A stretch of 64,000 nucleotides of DNA from Eledone cirrhosa (taxonomy: Eukaryota). The DNA is taken from contig OZ024741.1 in the NCBI GenBank assembly GCA_964016885.1, positions 143,592,001 to 143,656,000 of the forward strand, given 5' to 3'. Shown piece after piece: positions 29,873 through 42,383 of the stretch (positions within the stretch are counted from its first letter, which is position 1; each line of letters begins with the position of its first letter). A program made the position numbers and the translations under genes. The notes under the pieces are model-generated. The model ran no database searches and was not told where the DNA came from. It saw only the letters and a program-made list of their open reading frames with translations.

Positions 29873-32800
29873 ATCACAGAAACAAACTACATACAAACCA
29901 CCACAATTGCATCCCCCGCACACATAAAAATAATAGAAATCACACAAATAAATTACATAATATTTAAAAAAATCTTCCCCACATCAATTGGAGACTACCG
30001 AGGGAACATCACCAAAAGAATATTCACGGATATTCTCGTGGAGAAACCCACCAATGTACGGAGGGATGGATCACCCATCCCTTCCTAAAAAAGAGACACA
30101 GGTAATTTTTGTACCTCTCCCCTCTCACTTGTTTTCCTCCTATCCTAGCCAGAATAGGTAGCATAAATGCACGTGGCCTGGGGTCGTCTTGGAAGCAGGG
30201 CCACCGGTTGAACGATCTCAGGTCGCTAAACATAGATGTGGTGGGCATCAGCGAGACCAGAATCTCCTAGGCACGGACATTCGCACCCATTTTCGGCGGC
30301 TACGTGGTGTACACATCTCCAAGCCGTCCCAGATCTGGGGAATGGGGGGGGGGGGCGTGTTGTTCCAGAGAAGCTGGATCTCGAGATACCGTCTTGTTGG
30401 ACCCAAAGGGTAAGTTGGTGGTACTGGACGTGACCAGCGGAGAAGGACAAGCTTTCAGGCTAGTGGCCACCTATGCCCCAACAGGAGCAGGACGGCCTGA
30501 ATTCTTCTGGCGTCTGGAGACCTTTCTTGGAATGTCCCGCTCTCTATTGTTAGTGGGCGACTGGAACGGGATCTTACATGCACGCTGGGATTGTGTAGGA
30601 TTAGTGGATAGGGGAGGAGGGTGTAAAAGCCTCACAAACCTACTCAGGCGTTTTCAACTGTCGGACAGGTACCGATTGGCTTTCCCGAATGTGCCAATGT
30701 GGACTTGGACAAACCGCATCGGGTCATCCAGATCATATCTAAATAGAATATTTTGTAGCGAAATAGGTCTAGCATAAGCTGTCCACAATTCAAGATAGTC
30801 AGCTACACGGACCACAAATTCGTGATCTCTGTGGTTGACTTAGATAGACTTCATAGATAGGGACCCGGCTACTGGAAACTAAATGCGTCGTTAACAGCGT
30901 GCAAAGCTTACAGAGACCAGATTAGCGAATTAGTTAAGCGAGCATTGACAGGGGCCATCGTCAACAACAAATGGTGGTTTGCCCTGAAAAGAGCATTAGG
31001 TTTAGTAAAGCGCTAGTAACAGAGAAAAATAGAGCAGAAGGAAATCTAGTTAAGAAATTAGACGAGGCGCTTAGTAAAGGCATCGTGACCGACGTGCTTG
31101 TGGCGAAATTGGCTCTCGATAATTTCTCGACGCTAAGCACGAAGGCTGCGTTGTTAAAGCTAAGGTGCGTGCTCTCAGACACGAGGGGATAAAAGCCGTT
31201 CAATGGGCCCGGGTAATAGAAGCGTGTAGTGACAACAAATCCACGATCCGGTCTTTAGTGAACCACGACGGGCACATGATACTCGATCCCGGGCAGATGT
31301 GTGCGGCTTTTCAGCGGCACTTTGCTCAGCTATTCGGGGGCAATGGCGGGCCGCATCGCAGAATGGACTTCAGTGCCTACCTCGAAGGACTGCCGCAGCT
31401 CTCGGCCACTGAAGCAGAGTGTTGCAAAGGCTGATAACGGCTGCTGAAGTACGGGAGGCAATGACTAGCTGCAAAATGGGTAAATCGCCTGGTTTGGATG
31501 GTCTGCCCTACGAATTTTACATACATATTCCAGACTTGTTCGAAGACCTCTTGGCAGACCTCTACTACAACTGGCAGCAGAACGGGAGAATTCTTAGCTC
31601 TGTGAGCCGAGGAGCGGTGGCGCTGCTGAGAAGGGATCCGAACAAGGGGGATAACATAGAAAATTTCAGGCCCATAACTCTGTTAAACACAGACTTCAAG
31701 ATTTTGGCTAAGGTGCTAGCAAAGAGGTTGACGCTTGTCGTTGGTGGTCTGGTGGGAAAGGCGCAAACATGCGCCATTCCAGACAGATCCATCCACGACA
31801 ACCTCCACCTCATGCGATACATCGTAGAGAGGGTAGCTAGGGAACCTGGCATGGGTGGGTCTTTCATCAATTTAGATCAGTCAAAAGCTTTCGATAGGGT
31901 CGACCATCATTATTTGGCAGCAGTCCTAAGAGCAGCTGGCTTTGGGCCAGTCTTCAGAGGCTCGATTGCTGCTATGCACAGCAACATCATGCGCTCGATC
32001 CGCCAGGGATGTGCTCTCTCGTCCTTGTTGTACGTATTGACTCTTGAGCCATTACTGCACAAACTGGAGACGTTGAGGGGGATCCCACGTGAACTAGGAT
32101 GTGGAAGAACAGTGTCAGCTTATACAGATGACATTACCGTAGTGGTATCGAACACCGAATCCATCGAGGCAATCGGCACCACACTAAGAGAATACGAGGT
32201 AGTAACAGAAGCAATGATCAACCAGGAAAAACCAGTAGGCCTGCAACTCGGCACCTGGAGAGGCAGGTCCATGCCACCCAACAGTTTCGTCGGGCGCTGG
32301 GCGGACGGACAGGTTAAATTGCTATAGGTCTGGTTCGGTCTGGACCTCCAGATGGACAAAAACTGGGCTGAGAGGAAGTTATCCCTGAAAGGTCAAGCGG
32401 AGGTGGCGAATGCGTACATCGCGTCCGTCATCTACTACCGCCTGATCATCGTGCCTTGTCCAAAGCCTCGCCTGACTGCACTGGAGCATTTGCTCTTTCG
32501 CTTTTTGTGGAAGGAACGTGCTCCGATGGTCAGGCGGTCTATCTGCTGTCAACACCCGCTACGCGGAGGGGTGGCATGCCGTAGCTGACGATGCGCAGAC
32601 ATGCGCTCAGGCTACGGCATCTCCACCTCTTCCTCGACGGTTATCAGCTGTGGTCGTCCTTTTCTAGACACATGTTTCCCCAGCTTATCTCCTTGGCGGA
32701 GCTGCAGTCCTGGGTCAAGCGAAGACCAAGAGGATGTACTTGGAGACTAGAATGTCTTCAGGCGCTTAAAGCCCTTGACCAGTCAAGAAATACAATAGCT

Positions 32801-33664
32801 GGAAACTCTACCTTGGCTTTCTATAGAGGATTAGTGGAAGGAAAGAGTAACGACATCCTTAGGGAGACTCTAGGCGTCGACGAAAACCAACTAGCCAATC
32901 TCTTCGGGAGAACTTTTGGGCCAAGGCCCATGGACAACTTCCAGAAATCCCTGGCCTGGCAGTGCTACCGAGGAGCCTTGCCAGTTAGGGATATACTCTA
33001 TAGGCATGGAAGTGCTGTCAGCCGAGCCTGTCCAAGATGCGCACAGGGCGATGAAACCGTCCTGCACGCACTCGTCCAGTGTCCGAGCATTGCTGATTTG
33101 TGGGTTTATGCCGAACACCTGCTGTCACGTGTAGAACGGATCCGGCTATCAGCTGAGTCCATCTTGAAGATTGCCCCGCCGCCTTCCTTTAGCCGAGAAG
33201 GGCAGGCAGTTTTTATCTGCCTGGTGGCCATGTTAAAAGAGATTGTATGGTGGACACGTCTGAAAGGGTTGAGGACCGGTACTTTCCTCTTCGGTGACGC
33301 CCTCATTAACTTTTTCAGGTTTCACCTGAAGAGGAAAATCAGGGTGGAGAGGAAAGTGCTGACCTCCAGCCAGTTTGTTGAAAGGTGGGCGAGAGAGGTA
33401 AGAATGGCCCGTGTGAATGGGTCTACCCTGAGCGTGTGCCTGTAGCATTGTAGGAGGAAAACTAGAAGAGGGCATTTGCCCTAGCTGTCAGGGTAACCGT
33501 GGTTTTTCTTGTGGGATTTCTCCACGAGCAACCCTCGGATGTTTCCCCCTTATTGGGAATTTTTCATTGTTTCCTTTTGTCACACTCTGTTTTTGTTTTT
33601 TTTACACGCAGAAATGCCCATTTGTATTGTCCTGTGTTGTCCTTAATGTTATACTTTATGTCAA
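29873..33664 (+). mobile_element. Tx1-clade LINE (copy B): end of ORF1 plus disrupted ORF2 (APE-RT-zinc finger)
   Basis: APE motifs GSINARGL, ATYAP, VGDWN, DH and GYWKLN; RT motifs KSPGLDGLP, LDQSKAFDRV and YTDD; CPRC..H..C; several stops and frameshifts. Confidence 0.93.
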
Positions 33665-33770
33665 CCCGCCGAGGTTAACTTTGCCTTTCATCCTTACGGT
33701 GTCGATAAAATAAAGTACCAGTAATACACTGGGTAATTGCTGGCCTTGTGCCAAAAGTAGAAACAATTAT
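33665..33770 (+). mobile_element. 5'-truncated tRNA-SINE fused to the Tx1 copy B 3' UTR
   Basis: CCCGCCGAGGTTAACTTTGCCTTTCATCC...GTAGAAACAATTAT. Confidence 0.88.
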
Positions 33771-36700
33771 GACGCACATGTGTGAAGACGTACAAGTCTG
33801 CGGAAGAAAAGGTTCGTAATTTTAAGCTGTTTTAAAGTATCATTTTTTGTATTTTCTTGTCATTAACGAAGCATAAGGTACACACCTTGGTACTAAGGAA
33901 GAGAGACCTCTCAATATTCGGGCTTAAAGCCCGAATATTCAGATTTAATTTTTAAATCTTCGATAAAAAATAGCGTCCCCACCAAAAAATATGGAAATTT
34001 TCGACCTTGAAACGGTAAACAACGTACAGGTCAAAAGTTCAAAAACAGCCAGTATAGCTCCCACCAAAATTACTACTACTACTACTACTACAGACATGCC
34101 TGTCGTCCACCCCACGGGATGTGGAGGCAGGACACAAGAGTTACCATCACAACCGCTCCCTTCTGTGATAGAGGCAGTATCATCTCAAAACGACATCACC
34201 ACCACCACCACCGCCACCACCATCACCACCACAACAACAACCCAGAACAACAACGACAATAACACCGACAGCCTCAATGTAAACACTGATGGCGGTGGTA
34301 ACATCAACAACAAACAAAACAACAACAGCAAGAACGACAACACCAACAACAAGAGCAACGGAGGCGCCACCTTTGCAGCGGCCGCAGCGAAAACAAAGCG
34401 CTTCTTCAATGTAGATATTAACGATAGGAACAACAGTTGGCCCAGGTGTGGAGGTTAATTAAACGAGGGAAGTCCTGGGCAAACATAACCATCCCGGATG
34501 AGGCAATAGCAGCCATGCAAAGGAGGACGGTGTACTTTCGATGCATTTCAGTGCAGACACGCAAAGTGGAACTTGCCAGCCAAGCATAAGTCGAGGCTGC
34601 TTTAAAGTGCATCGGGAGTGACATCAAGTACAAAGCAAGGGCCAAGCAGTTCGGTACCATCTCAGTAAAGTTCTAAACCGAGGCCCTTGTTATTAAGCAC
34701 TCGGTGACCCCCTGCAGAACGGAACGCATTATCATGCACCCATCCTACATGGGCAAAAGGACAGTAAAGGTCCGCATTCCCAGGATCCCACCAGGAATGA
34801 ACATATGGTGGCTCCTGGGATGCGTAATCGAGAAGGGGACAGACACTACCCTCCTAGATATCAAAAGGACAAAGAGAGAAGACTGGTCCAGAATAGATTT
34901 GGAGATTCTTCTCCAAATGAAACCAGAGGACATCAACAACATCCCGGATTTTGCCCGCCTGCAAGACAGGACACAATCCAATTAATCACTGAGGGAAGAA
35001 GGCTGCACTGCTCTGTCTGCAGGGAAGCAACACGTCTGCAAGCCTTCTGTCCTCAGTTAAAAAATGCAGGGGTTCGCAAACTTCCTTTATTGCCAATGCC
35101 AGTGGCAGCACGGAAAGCTGCACGACCACCACCACCAAAAATAACACCAAAAATGACACGGGTAACCCCACCAACATCAAAAACAGCCGGACCACCACCA
35201 GCACCGAAACCAATCCAAGGGGAAAACGAGGAAAGCTCTCCCACTCCCCCTACTCCTCCAATTATACACATAGACAGAACCATAAATGCACACACAGACA
35301 CAGATACACTCACATCCACAGACCCTTTGTCTTCCAGCAGTGAAGATGAACGAAAAACCAAAAAGCCAAAAAACAAAAGAGAAAACTCACCAAGAAAAAA
35401 AGTCCCAAACAAAACACAAAAACATACACAACAAAAAATACAGACACCACTAACGCAAACACTTCTCCAATAACATCAACACCAACATCAACATCAACAC
35501 CACCGCCACAATCCCCGAAATGCAAACAGCCTAAACAAACACAAGAACAAATAAACACACAGACACCTGAAATTGCAGACACCACAACTACAACAAACAC
35601 AGACATACCTGAAACAACACCACCAAAACCACCACCACCACAGTCACCAAAACGAAAACAAATAAAACCACACCAACAAAACATAAAAAACTTTGTGCTT
35701 GTCAGAAGGGCCAACGATAAATTGATGGCCCTCTTAGCACGAAGCGAGGATATCCAAACAGAAGGGGAGATGTTTGAATTGAGCACATTTTGCGTGCCAG
35801 AAGCTTCGTTTCTGGTGCGAATGTCGTTCAATTCCTACAAAGAAATTCGAGAGAGCTTTCCTCAAGACGTGGGAACCCCAAACGTGAAACCCACATCGAG
35901 ACTTTTAAAGGGGTTCCCAAAAGAAACCCCATCAACTATGGAGGTCGAACCACCCGACCTTCGCAAGACCCCGGGAGGTAAGTAAACCTTCTCTCTGTCA
36001 TTTAGCTTGCCAACATGGCCATGTTAAGAGTAGGAAGTTTAAATGTTCGTGGCCTGGGGTCACCCTGGAAGCAGGGTCGTCTGCTCAACGAATTCAGGTC
36101 TCTGGAAATGGATGTGATTGCTGTCAGCGAGACCAGGATTTCCGACACGCATGACAACCTCCATCTGTGAGCAGGCCGGGAATGGGAGGTGAGGTAGCAG
36201 TTCTGTTTAGGAAAGGCCTGGATCTCGAAGTAAGGTCGATCTTCTGGGACCCGGACGGTAAGTTGGTGGTCTTGGATGTGAGCAGTAGCGAAGGTGGTGC
36301 CTTTAGACTGCTGGCCGTCTACGCCCATACTGGAGCCGGACGACCGGACTTCTTTAGGCGCCTGGAAACCTTTCTGTGTACGTCTCGCCCTTAACTGTTA
36401 GCGGAGGACTGGAACGGCATCTTAGACGCACGCTGGGATTGTGTGGGAGTAGCTGATAGGAGCGGGGGGTGGGTAGGGTGCAAAAGCCTCAAGCACCTAA
36501 TCAGCCAGTTCCAACTGTCTGACAGGTATCGACTAGATTTCCCCAATGCGTCAGTGTGGACGTGGACCAACCGCATAGGGTCATCTAGATCATATATAGA
36601 CAGGATCTTCATTAGTAAAATAGATAGATAGTGTAAGCTGCCCACTTTTTAAAACGGTCGCCTATTCAGATCACAACTTTGTGATCTGTATAGTCGACCT

Positions 36701-39535
36701 AGATAAAACGCGTAGGTTGGGACCGGGTTACTGGAAGCTGAACATGTCATTTCCGGCACATAAGGCTTACAGGGACCGAGTCAACAATTTAGTTAAGCAA
36801 AAGTTGACAGATGGTGGGGGGCTCTCAAAAGAGAGATTAGAGTAACTTTGATAGAGTTCAGCAAAGAACTAGCGTTAGAGAAAAATAGAAAGGAGGGGGA
36901 GCTGGTAGATAAGTTAGACGAGGCTATTTGTAGTGGCATTGCAACTGACGTGTTAGCGGCGAGAATGACATTAGACCATTTCTTTAATGCGAAACACGAA
37001 GAGCTAAGGCGCGTGCGCTGAGAAACGAGGGAACCAAAGCCGTTCGATGGGCCCGCGTGGCGAACACGTGATAAGCGATTCCAAGCGGATGTGTGAGGAC
37101 TTTCGCCAGCACTTTGCTCAGTGTTCGGGGAAAGTGGCGGGTCGGAGACAGTAGCGGATTTCAATCCCTACCTTGACGGCTTGCCGTGCATCTCGACGGT
37201 CGACGCTGAGCGCTGTGAAAGGCCGATTACTTCAGCCGAAATTCAGGACGCCCTTGTCGGCTGCATGAGGCACAAGTCACCTGGTTTGGATGGCTTGCCC
37301 TACGTACTTTATGTAAATATGCCAGACTTGTTCTCCGATCTCCTCGAAGCGCTCTACTGCAACTGGCAGCAGAATGGGAGTATTCCCAGCTCTGTGAGCA
37401 GGGGAGTGGTGATGCTGATAAGGAAAAACGAGAACAAGAGGGATACATTAGACAACTTCAGGCCCATAACTCTGCTCAATACAGAGTTTAAGATTTTGGC
37501 GAAGGTGTTAGCAAAGAGATTGACGTTTGTCGTCGAGGATTTGGTTGGGGAGACGCAAACTTGCGCAATCCCAGCCAGGTCCATACACGACAACCTCTAC
37601 CTCATGCGATACATCATAGAGAGGGTATGGTGTAAACCTGGCTTCGGTGGAGCACTGATCAATTTAGATCAATCGAAAGCATTCGATAGGGTCGACCATC
37701 GAGCTGGCTTCGGCCCTGTCTTCAGAAGCTGGATCGTTGCAATTCACAGCGGCACCGGATCGGTGGTCAAAGTTAATGGCCACCTCTCGGAACTGTTTCG
37801 GCTCTCCCAATCGGTCCGTCAAGGGAGCCCTCTCTCTTCCCTTCTGTATGTATTGATTCTCGAGCCTTTACTGCGGAAGCTGGAGCTGTTGCAGGTTATC
37901 CCGCTCGAACAGGGATGTGGAAAGGCTGTGTCGGCTTATGCGGGCGACATCACCGTGATGGTGTCGGACACCTCAGAAATAGAGGTGGTCGGCACCTTAT
38001 TGAAGGAATATGAAAGGTTTGACAGGAGCCAAACTTAACCCGGAAAAGACGGTAGGCTTGCAGCTCGGAACCTGGAGAGGCAAGGCCATGCCGTCCAACA
38101 GCGTCGTGGGGCGTTGGATGGACGGACCGGTAAAGTTGCTCGGGGTTTGGTTCGGACCAGACCTCCAGGTAGAAAAGAATTGGGACGAGGTAACGAGCAG
38201 GGTAGCCAGTCTCACCCAAAAATGGGCTGCGAGGAGGCTATCACTAAAAGATCGCGCGGAGGTGGCAAATGCGTACATCATGTATGTCATCTGCTACTGC
38301 CTGACCGTCGTCCTTGCCCACGTTCGCGCCTCGCCAAGTTGGAACGGCTCCTCGTCAAATTCTTGTGGAGAGGACAAGTTTCGTTAGTGAGGCGGTCCAT
38401 CTGCTGCCAGCAACCTTTACGCGGAGGGCTGGGCATGCCGTGGCTAATGATGCACAGACATGCGCTGAGGCTGTAACATCTCCAGATAGTCTGCCTAAAC
38501 GGTGAATAGGTGTGGTCGCCGTTTATCAGATGGGATTTCCGCAGCTTGTTTCTTTGACTGAGCTGCAGTCCTGGGTCAAGAAAAGACCAAGACTCGGTGA
38601 CTGGCACCTGGAATGTTGCCAGGCACTCACTGCCCTCTACCAAGCGGGCAAGTGCGATGACACACTCGGAGAAGCTTTGGGCCTCGACGAAGTCGAACTG
38701 ACCAGTCTGTTCCGGAGGACTTTCGAACCGGGGACGGTGGACAATTTCCAGAAATCCCTCACTTGGCAGTGCTACCAGGGGGCACTGCCGGTTCGGGATA
38801 AACTCTACAGGCACGGAAGTGCTGTCAGACGGACCTGCCCGAGATGCGCACAGAGCGACGAAACCGTTCTGCACGCACTTGTCCAATGTCCGTGCATTAC
38901 TGACTTGTGGAGTTATGTCGAACAGCTACTGTCGCGTGTAGAACGGATCCGGCTATCGGCCGAGTCCATGGTGAAGATCGACCCGCCACCTTGCTTTGGC
39001 CAGGAAGAGCAGGCAATTTTCCTCTGTCTGGTGGCAGTTGCGAAAGAAATTATATAGTGGACCAGATTGAAAGGACTGAAGACAGACACTTTTCTCTTCG
39101 GCCAATTCCTCACCAACTTCTTCAAGTTTCACCTGGAAAGGAAGGTGAGGGTGGAGAGAGAAGTGCTGCACCCCAGTACATTTGCTAAAAGGTGGATGAA
39201 TGTGGCGAGAATGGTCCGTGTGAATGGGCCTACTCTGACCATGCGCCTATCGGCTAGCTAATTTGAGGAGAGGGGTACTCTCCCTGGGTGCCCTAGAAGC
39301 GCAGGGTGGTTCAGGATTGGTGGGGTACCTGAGTCACCCCTGGGTCGTCCACCCTCTATAGGGGAATTTATTTTGTTATATTTATGCGTAGTTTATCTTA
39401 TATTTTTATATCTTCATTGTTAAATTAGTCTTGCCAGTGTGCACTCTTACTCGACCTTATTGTAAACCCCCACTGTTTGTGTCTTTGTATTGTACACTAC
39501 ATGTCGGCCCTTGTGGCCAATAAAGAAATCATTAT
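33771..39535 (+). mobile_element. Near full-length Tx1-clade LINE (copy C), inactivated
   Basis: 5' UTR; ORF1 remnant ~33991-35985 (low complexity, zinc-knuckle-like CSVC...CPQ); ORF2 remnant from MAMLRVGSLNVRGL (36015) to ~39261 with APE, RT and CPRC..H..C; 3' end GGCCCTTGTGGCCAATAAAGAAATCATTAT. Confidence 0.93.
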
Positions 39536-39685
39536 GTTGCAGCAAAGAGTTACGGCCTTTTATGGTCTGAGTTCAAATCCCGCCGAGGTTAACTTTGCCT
39601 TTCATCCTTACAGGGTCGATAAAATAAAGTACCAGTAATACACTGGGTATTTGCTGGCCTTGTGCCAAAGGTAGAAACAAGTATT
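39536..39685 (+). mobile_element. 5'-truncated tRNA-SINE directly after Tx1 copy C
   Basis: B box GAGTTCAAATCCC, core and tail are present. Confidence 0.88.
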
Positions 39686-39861
39686 AGGATTATTATCATT
39701 ACAGTTTTATCACCCCAGTTCTATGACTACCACTTACCATTTGCACAATATATACTGTCGTCTCCACCACCGACGTCACATACCTCCACTATCAACCCTA
39801 CACACACAACTACCATTACTATCACCGATACAACGCACTACCATTAACTTGTACATCTTCT

Positions 39862-40002
39862 TTCCAGCATAGTTACGTCCCTTTACGATCTGAGTTCAAA
39901 TCCCGCCGAGGTTGACTTGGCCTTTCATCCTTACGGGGTCGATAAAATAAAGTACCAGTAATGTACTGGGTAATTGCTGGCCTTGTGCCAAAAGTAGAAA
40001 CA
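39862..40002 (+). mobile_element. 5'-truncated tRNA-SINE with 19-bp TSD
   Basis: TSD ATTAACTTGTACATCTTCT at 39843-39861 and 40003-40021. Confidence 0.92.
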
Positions 40003-40039
40003 ATTAACTTGTACATCTTCTATCCCCATTGTGGGTATG

Positions 40040-40285
40040 GTGTGGTGTGCGGTGGCCGGAAGCTGGGGAGTGCTCGACCCGAAGAGTGCTTCACCGGTTG
40101 GGTGCTTGGCCGGAAGGGTGCTCGACCGGAAGGGCCAGCAGATCGATCTCTCTCTAGTGGTGACCAGGAACGGTGTGGACACGAGTTTGGCAGCTCCCGG
40201 CTGTTAATGAGTTGGACGCACGTGGAAGAGGAGAAACCAGCCATGGGATTTAGCGGCGCCTATGAAAAGCGGTAACTGAGATAGC
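40040..40285. promoter_or_regulatory. GC/CpG-rich island ~400-600 bp upstream of the AKR ATG, with repeated CCGGAAG motifs
   Basis: Three CCGGAAG (ETS-type) motifs in and beside four ~16-bp GTGCTCGACCGGAAGG-like repeats; function is inferred only and it could be a TE 5' UTR. Confidence 0.35.
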
Positions 40286-40663
40286 TTTTTCTAACCACAC
40301 TCATTACCATATTAGAATATTTCTATATCGACTCCTCTCTCTATCACTTTCATCCCCGCCGCAACCACCACTACACCATCATATAACTTCACCTCCACCA
40401 CCATAACAATGACGCCCTCCTCCTCCATTACTACTTCATTGTAACGTTATCTCTCACTACTTCTCCGGCTATTACCACGATTTAAAGTTCTCATCCTTCA
40501 CTCACTACTATCACCATCATCATCAGCAATTTTAGCTACCCCCTCCTCCTATTAAAATCACTCCTAGCTCCAGCACTCCACTATCATCAACTTCAGTTAC
40601 TATTCTACTTTTTACTACAATCTACCTTTTCCGCTACTTCACTATTTCGATATCTTCTCAAAT

Positions 40664-40777
40664 ATGGAACTTGTAAACCTCCCCGGTACTGATCTAAAAG
40701 TATCTCCTGTGTGTTTAGGCACTTGGCAGTTTAACAATGGCGTTACCAATAATACTTGGGATGCACAAACAGAAGAG
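40664..40777 (+). CDS. Aldo-keto reductase (AKR11/YhdN-like), coding exon 1 of 8
   Basis: ATG at 40664; MELVNLPGTDLKVSPVCLGTWQFNNGVTNNTWDAQTEE contains the AKR N-terminal motif; donor GAG|GTGAGC, phase 0. Not in the ORF track; translated by hand. Confidence 0.93.
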
Positions 40778-40899
40778 GTGAGCACATTGTTATTATTTGT
40801 ATTGTGTTTTAAGAAAGATAGGTGAGAGCGACGAGATTGAGTAGCTGAACTATACTGACTATACTTTCAATGCCAGTGAGGCAGCTGTGTAAGCAAGGT

Positions 40900-41130
40900 T
40901 TTATGTGGGGTTCCATCCCGGGAATACCTTAAGGTGCAGTCACCTACTTTTGGGTAACTTCTTGTTAATATTTGTTATTGTTTACTATTGTTATGTATAT
41001 TTATTATAATTTCTAATAGTGTTATTCCTATTCTTTTCACTTCGGTGATGTCCCCTTTGCTTTAGTTGATGTAAACTCCACTTTGCGTTGAGTTGTCTTT
41101 GGTCCGTGTGGTCAATAAAAGAAATAAATA
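40900..41130 (+). mobile_element. Old Tx1-like 3' UTR fragment
   Basis: T-rich UTR ending GTCCGTGTGGTCAATAAAAGAAAT, resembling the Tx1 3' ends at 29562 and 39505; followed by SINEs. Confidence 0.5.
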
Positions 41131-41366
41131 TATATATATATAATAAGGGCAGTGGATTAACAGAATCATTAAAACGCCGAGCAAAATGTTTGCAACATTT
41201 AGTTACGGTCCTGTACTTTCTGAGTTCAAATCTTGCCACGGTCAAGTTTCCGGCGTTAATAAAATAAAGTATTAGTAAATTACTGAGATATAATCGACTT
41301 TACTCTCCTCACAAATTGCTGGCCTTGTGCCAATGTTAGAAATTATTATTATTTAAGGATTATTTG

Positions 41367-41552
41367 GGCGGTGGATTGGCAGTATTGGTAGAGGGTCGGA
41401 CGCCATGCTTTGACGTATAGAGTTACGGCCCTTTATGGTCTGAGTTCAAATCCCGCCAAGGTTAACTTTGCCTTTCATCCTTACGGGGTCGATAAAATAA
41501 AGTACCAGTAATGCACTGGATAATTTATCGCCTTGTGCCTAACGTAGAAACA
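41367..41552 (+). mobile_element. Full-length tRNA-SINE with 22-bp TSD (inserted in the tail of an older SINE at 41147-41345)
   Basis: A box TGGCAGTATTGG and B box GAGTTCAAATCC; TSD ATTATTATTTAAGGATTATTTG at 41345-41366 and 41553-41574. Confidence 0.93.
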
Positions 41553-42383
41553 ATTATTATTTAAGGATTATTTGTATTTAGATGTATTTTTAATGAGATT
41601 TATAAAGGTGTTACAATGTTATATTACATGTTTTCTAACTCCTGAGTATATGACACACGTACTCAAGCACTGACTGTCTAGCTCTCTAACATAAAATAAT
41701 GATGGTATTTGAAGTTTAAAATTATATTTTGTTTGTATTTATAATTATATTTTCACCTTTAATATACCGAAATAATAGCATTTTCAAATATGAAACTATT
41801 AAAAAAACAAAACGACATCTAGATAAACGGTAATGCTGCGAGTGAGTTGGGTTGCTTCAAAAAGTATTAGAGGGAGGCTCCGTCGTCTCTTGTGACCGAT
41901 TGACAAACTTGGTGTTAAATTATTTTCTTTCGTTTTGATTTAATTTTTTTTTAATGTGAAATATTTACGTAAATAAGTATTGTATATATTATGTGTTTAT
42001 AAATAATTTGAAATGCAACAACCTTAACGGAACGGAGAAAACTATTAAAACTAGGTGGTGCGTTGTATCCTTGAGCAAGACACTTTATTTATTTCATATT
42101 GCTCCAGTTCAACCAACTGGGGAAATGAGTTGCAACGTCACTGGTGGCGAGTTATATCAGCTTTTGTCTTTCTCTTGGACATCATATACAGTGAATATAT
42201 TCTATATATTCATATTGTATATATGAGTTGCGATGACAATGCTGCCAAGCTGCATCTGCCTTAGCCTTTCATTGAACAACATTTGCGACATCGTTGGTGT
42301 CAACTGAATCAGCCTTTGCCTTTATCTTGGACAACATTATATACAGTGTATGTGTGTGTGAGCGCATGTCTATATATATATAT

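Noticed and set aside
26760-39261. RT and endonuclease ORFs as host genes or an active element
   Set aside because: All are Tx1 ORF2 fragments with multiple stops, frameshifts and deletions.
40070-40135. CRISPR-like array
   Set aside because: The repeats are contiguous with no spacers, there are no cas genes, and the context is eukaryotic.
41367-41460. tRNA genes suggested by A/B boxes
   Set aside because: No cloverleaf; the boxes run into SINE cores flanked by TSDs.
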